DNA of 62,180 nucleotides, filler included, from It is 10 parts of 10 records of this genome, joined end to end, with 100 filler letters (N's around TTAATTAATTAA, not from the genome) between each part and the next. Parts side by side here need not be neighbours in the genome. Positions count along the whole stretch, not along the records: positions 54,262 to 62,180 come from SRR15195285_2660; 9 more parts are not named here. One strand, 5' to 3'. Shown piece by piece: positions 57,701 to 62,180 of this stretch (position 1 is its first letter; each line of letters starts with the position of its first letter). The notes under the pieces were generated by a model. It saw only the letters and a program-made list of their open reading frames with translations, ran no database searches and was not told where the DNA came from. The position numbers and the translations under genes were made by a program.

Positions 57701-60700
57701 CGGTCGTTTGTCCTCAGTGCCTTTGTTGGCCTGGGTGTCCTGATGTATCATCGGGTGGGGTCAGATTGGGATAGTGACCCTGACGGAGAAGCTTGGTCGA
57801 CAACTGAAGCAGTATATTTTTCCGTCGTGACCATGTCAACGGCACCTACTCCGTATAAAGTTAGCGAAGAACTATTTCTGTCTGCTCTCTCTGTTTCTTT
57901 CTGTCTGTCTCTCATACACTAATGTTGTCCGGAGCAGGTAGGCTACGGGGACATGGGGGTCAAGCAGGAATTTGTGCCCATGCTATTTACCGCACTTTAC
58001 ATTCTTCTTGGGGTCCAAGTTGTGTTCAGCTACGCAGGTGCTCTGTATGATGAAGTCTTCCACACAGAGACTGGTCTCATTGCAAGTTGCTTCTGGTGGG
58101 TGCGCAACTGGTGCAAGCGCCGCCAACTCCGCCGTGAGATCGACGAAGAGGATGCTGTTGATGTAGCTTTTGAGGCGGGGAAGAGCGCAAAACAGGTGAG
58201 CGCCTGGGCGTTCTTTAAGCAACATCTACTACCGGGGATGCTAGCTGGGGCTCTTGTGAATATTGTTGTTGGCGCAGCTGTCTTCAAGGCGATTGATAGA
58301 TGGGTGCCAGATGACGTGACAGATGAACTGTCTTATTCCAGTTACCTATGGCATTGTTTCATAACTTCAACAACTGTGGGCTTTGGGGACGTACTTCAGG
58401 GCCGGTTGATCTCCCACGAAATGCTGGTGTGGGCAATCGTTCATATTCTAGTCTCGGTCTCGTGGTTGTCAAGCACTGCTGCACAGGTCGCTGATGCCCT
58501 AGAGAAGCGGCGCCATGAGGAAGCGAAAGTTAATGCACTGAATAACGAGCTTAACGAATCTCAGATCGAGGACCTGGGCCATTTTATAGTAAACGGCAAG
58601 CTGGACAGGTGGGGGTATATTCTCGGCAAGCTGATAGGCCAGGGAGCACAACTTTGGGGCGAGGATCTGACGATTGGGGATCAGATTGAGAAGCTCGCCC
58701 GTCACTTTGATGCATTCGACGAGTACGGTAGTGGGTTCCTCACCGAAAATGACCTCGCCCACATGATGTTGCAGAGAAAGCAAGAGGAAAAGCTCAATCA
58801 GGTGTTGGAGCACGCGAAAAAAGCCGAATGGGACGAGCTTGTCAAGAAAATGTTTCCACAGGATGAGACTGGCAAGCAGGCTAGTGAATGTGTGCTCCCC
58901 AATGATCTTATTAACAGCTTGCCTATGGGAAGAGGAAGAAAGCCACGCCAGTACGGTTTGTTGCACCAGCTCATTGCGGCCGCCCGGATGGACACTGACG
59001 CTGACGCCTCCTTTTTCAGTCTGACGCCGCTGGCTTCGAAGGATCGACACTCAAAGAAAGGGCTCCTCGTGCATCATCAGCTGGTCAAACTCGGCGTCGA
59101 CTTTGACTACAGCCTGAAGACATCCAACGGTGATACGTGTATGGATGTAACCCAGGGCAACCGCCATAGTACAGATAAAGACGGCCATCCTGAGCCGCAA
59201 GTGTGGCACAACGATCACTTTGCAAGGTTTCTGCTGTCGGAAGATTGCAAATCTGATGAGTTCAGGCGCCACAACGAGGTCTACAAGCATGCGAACGAGG
59301 GAAACTGGGAAGCTGTAAAGGCCGCAATTTTTGATGGAGGCAAGCAGCTACTATCGGATACGCTGGTCAACAGCTTGCCTGTGGCGGAGTCAGACGATGG
59401 GCGCTTGTTCAGACGCTGGGGTGGCCTGCTCCACCAGCTAGCTGAGTCGACTACTCACGGAGTACGCATCCATGATCACTTAGTTGAGGCCGGAGTATCA
59501 TTCGACTTGAACCTCAAAACCTTTGATTACAACAACCCTGAGAACATCGGGAAATCATGTGACCAAGTAGCGGTAGAAAGTGGAAATGCGGACTTTCTGT
59601 TGATGGTGCAGCGTAAACGGCTCGAGGAGGCGTGCAGGGTAGCCTCAAAGATGCAGCACGGCCAGGAGCTGATCGATTTGATCTTCGATAGGCACACTGA
59701 CGAGCGACTGCTGCCAGATGAGATGATCGAACTCAAGTTAGTACAGGTTGGAAGTCACAAAACCCCTGCTCCTGTCTTGCCTAGCACGAGGGCACAGCAG
59801 GAAGACGAATGCTGGGGTCTCATCCACTACCTTGCTAACTGGTCAATGGAAAGCCGTGAGAAATTCGCGAAACCATATGAGAAGCACAAGTGCACTGGGA
59901 CTGCTGTACACAACATTCTCTGCAAAAAAGGTGTCAAGTTTGACTACGGGCTAAAAACAGACCTTCCGTTGCCGCCACCACAGACAAGAGTTGCATCCAG
60001 ATACTGTGCTCCGTTGCCGAAAACACGGACGTGCGTCGAGGTAGCACAGGCAGCCAAGAACACGGAGTTCACAAACATGCTACTCAACCTCATCTGTGAC
60101 AATGCGAGGCAGCGAAAATTGGCGGAGCTCGATGACATGTTGTTTGATAATGACAAGATTTCTACGATCCCGACCTATCTGCTCAACAGCCTCCCAGTGA
60201 CTCGAGGTGGGAAGAGTGCCCCAGGGCTGTTGCACTACCTTGCTGCGTGGGCTGACCCGGTGCACTGGAACGGCCGCGAGTGGACTGGGACGACGTGGCA
60301 TGACGATATGGTGAGTAAGCACGTGAAGTTTAATTACTCCCTCAAAACACCACCTGACGTTGTTACGGATGAAGTGCCACCAGTACTGCGCGGTGGACCT
60401 AAAACGGTCGGTGAAGTCGCACAAGAGGCAAAAAATCATAGCTTTCTTGCTATGCTGCTCAACCGTGCCTGCGACTGTGCGAAGCGTATGCAGGCAGACA
60501 AACTGGAGGAGCTAATCTTCGACAGCTCCTACAATCTGTTGATACCAGAGGACTTGATCAACTCGCTGCCCGAGGGCAGAGGTGGCCGAAAGCGGTGGGC
60601 ACTGCTGCACCATCTTGCAGCATGGAGCACGACTGATCCGAATAATCCCGACGAGCCACGCATGGTCAATGGGATGACCGTGCACAACTTGGTCGCCAAA

Positions 60701-60901
60701 CATGTGAATTTCAACTATAATTTGAAGAACCCAAAAGGGCAAACGGCTGCTGAGATTGCGCAAGCCGATGGGAACACGGAATTTGTAAAGATGCTAGAGG
60801 AACGGAGCGTCGGCGAAGCGCCGACCCCAACAGAGCCTCAAGCATCGACGTCCGCAGGTGACACTGTGGAGCACAAGGTCGGAACTAAACTGAACCCGTA
60901 A
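54713..60901 (+). CDS. ADP-ribosyltransferase / duplicated unknown domain / two-pore K+ channel / EF-hand / ankyrin-like repeat fusion (~1,938 aa, 5 exons)
   Basis: Exons 54713-55065, 55174-56848, 56923-57052, 57147-57841 and 57938-60901 total 5,817 nt in frame. ART motifs LWRG, FVSTA and DEDEILL; pore loops TMSTVGYGD and TSTTVGFGD; EF loop DEYGSGFLTEND; about five LINSLP...GLLH.LA repeats. Confidence 0.8.
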
Positions 60902-61176
60902 AGCAGACACCACGTGCACCAATGGTGGATAGTTACGCCACCAAACTACTTGCACAACCGCGATATGATTGGATTGTAGTGCTCTAGCGCGATTGGTCGG
61001 TAGTCGAGGGTGGTCTCTTCAGTGCAGTCGGAGGGCAACGCTTGCTCTTTCGAATACAACTCGAGTACTACAGCCATAGTCTTTTGTTGCCCTCAATGCA
61101 TCAAAACAAGGCAGTTGTGCAGGATGGCTCACGAATCACCCACGCGACTGCCAGCGACATCAAGAAGCTACCTGTA

Positions 61177-61980
61177 TTAGGCACGCCATTCATCGCCCGT
61201 CAAGACAAGATCCGGTCCGGGCAGCTGCTCGAGAATGTGAGACATAAGTCGCTGCTTGGCCGCCTGTGTCAACCCAAACTTCGCTGCGAAACGCCCTGCC
61301 GCAGCCGCAGCCGTCTCGCCTTTGCGGATAACCAGCGTCCGCTGTTCTCCGCCGCCAATACTGACGGTTACACGGGCCCGGATGTGCTTGAGCATCATAG
61401 TTTCAATCACGTCTCGCAGCTTCAGCGTCTCGGGCGCAGGTAGCAGGTAGCGCGCAGTGAGCTGCTTTGCCAGCGCAGCAGGATCCGTATCTTCAAAAAT
61501 TGTTAACATGACGCCCTGTTGCATGTCTTGCCCGCTCTCGCTAAGCTGAGAAGGGACAGTGAGTGCAACTGGAACCTGACACAGCGGCTGGCGGAGGGCA
61601 GTGTCGCCGATTCCCTGCATCGTGCGTTCAGTAACAAGGCTGCGCAGTGGTGCTAGCGACGATTCCGGCAGGCCTTGGTCGGCCACTGTCCGCCGGACGA
61701 CCTGCTCGACACTCTCCCCGTCGTAGACCACAATCGGCACCGGATCTCCCATCGAGTCGTTGTGAAGGCTGCCTTCACTGCTGCTAACAGCCATCCTCAG
61801 GTTTGCCGGGGCACTGGTACGAAATAGTTCCGTCGCCGCTGGCACTGCTGGCAGCACTGCTGCGATGCTGAACAACATGAACATCAGCGTGCACGCTCCT
61901 TTGGATTTTGCAGCAGCACGCGCCCGCTGGCGCCGGCGGAGACAGGGCAGGCTAGTCCGGGTACAAGCTCTGTCATCCAT
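61177..61980 (-). CDS. Secreted/ER protein with three short internal repeats, function unknown
   Basis: 267-aa ORF; probable true start at MFMLFSIAAVLPAVPA (signal-like). Repeats VYDGESVEQVVRR, IFEDTDPAALAKQ and IRKGETAAAAAGRF. Confidence 0.65.
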   Translation of the reverse strand: MDDRACTRTSLPCLRRRQRARAAAKSKGACTLMFMLFSIAAVLPAVPAATELFRTSAPANLRMAVSSSEGSLHNDSMGDPVPIVVYDGESVEQVVRRTVADQGLPESSLAPLRSLVTERTMQGIGDTALRQPLCQVPVALTVPSQLSESGQDMQQGVMLTIFEDTDPAALAKQLTARYLLPAPETLKLRDVIETMMLKHIRARVTVSIGGGEQRTLVIRKGETAAAAAGRFAAKFGLTQAAKQRLMSHILEQLPGPDLVLTGDEWRA

Positions 61981-62180
61981 ACGCGGCTGTCGTGTAGACT
62001 ACCGCGGCGTATTGTGCCGCACACCTCTGGGTGGCTCTACACGGTCGTACTCTTCGATGCTCGGTGCTGGCTGAGATCCGGACTCCTCCTCTACTAAGTC
62101 TATCTAGAGAAAGAGCCCCCACGATCCAGGAAGTTCCGGTAGAGAAATCACAGGGCCCGAATCGGGCTGAACTGATAAAC

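Noticed and set aside
1-62180. A linked defence cluster comprising the pseudokinase receptor, ART-channel, acylase and glycosidases
   Set aside because: The genes lie on different contigs joined artificially, so there is no evidence of physical linkage.

Overview
This is eukaryotic DNA from a GC-rich unicellular protist, with many short GT-AG introns. The lineage cannot be fixed from sequence alone; a marine heterotroph such as Picozoa is only a guess. The window is not contiguous: nine artificial 100-bp linkers (44 N + TTAATTAATTAA + 44 N) join ten short contigs, so adjacency across linkers carries no information. About 18 genes are recognisable, several of them truncated. Two architectures stand out. 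(1) A giant (>3,100 aa) lectin/Cys-rich multipass membrane receptor ends in an IRE1/RNase L-type pseudokinase that runs into a probable KEN ribonuclease at the window edge; its C-terminal half is absent from the ORF track. (2) A ~1,938-aa five-exon protein fuses an R-S-E ADP-ribosyltransferase, a duplicated domain I cannot name, a two-pore TPK/K2P-like K+ channel, EF-hands and divergent ankyrin-like repeats. Other points of interest are an EF-hand/Arf-like pseudo-GTPase fusion, a membrane-anchored penicillin-acylase homologue lacking the catalytic Ser, a Nup50 with rearranged domain order, a methyltransferase/2OG-oxygenase fusion, a 1,011-bp insertion with a 9-bp target-site duplication, and recurrent intergenic palindromic motifs. 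No rRNA, tRNA or CRISPR array was recognised. All domain calls come from motifs read by eye.
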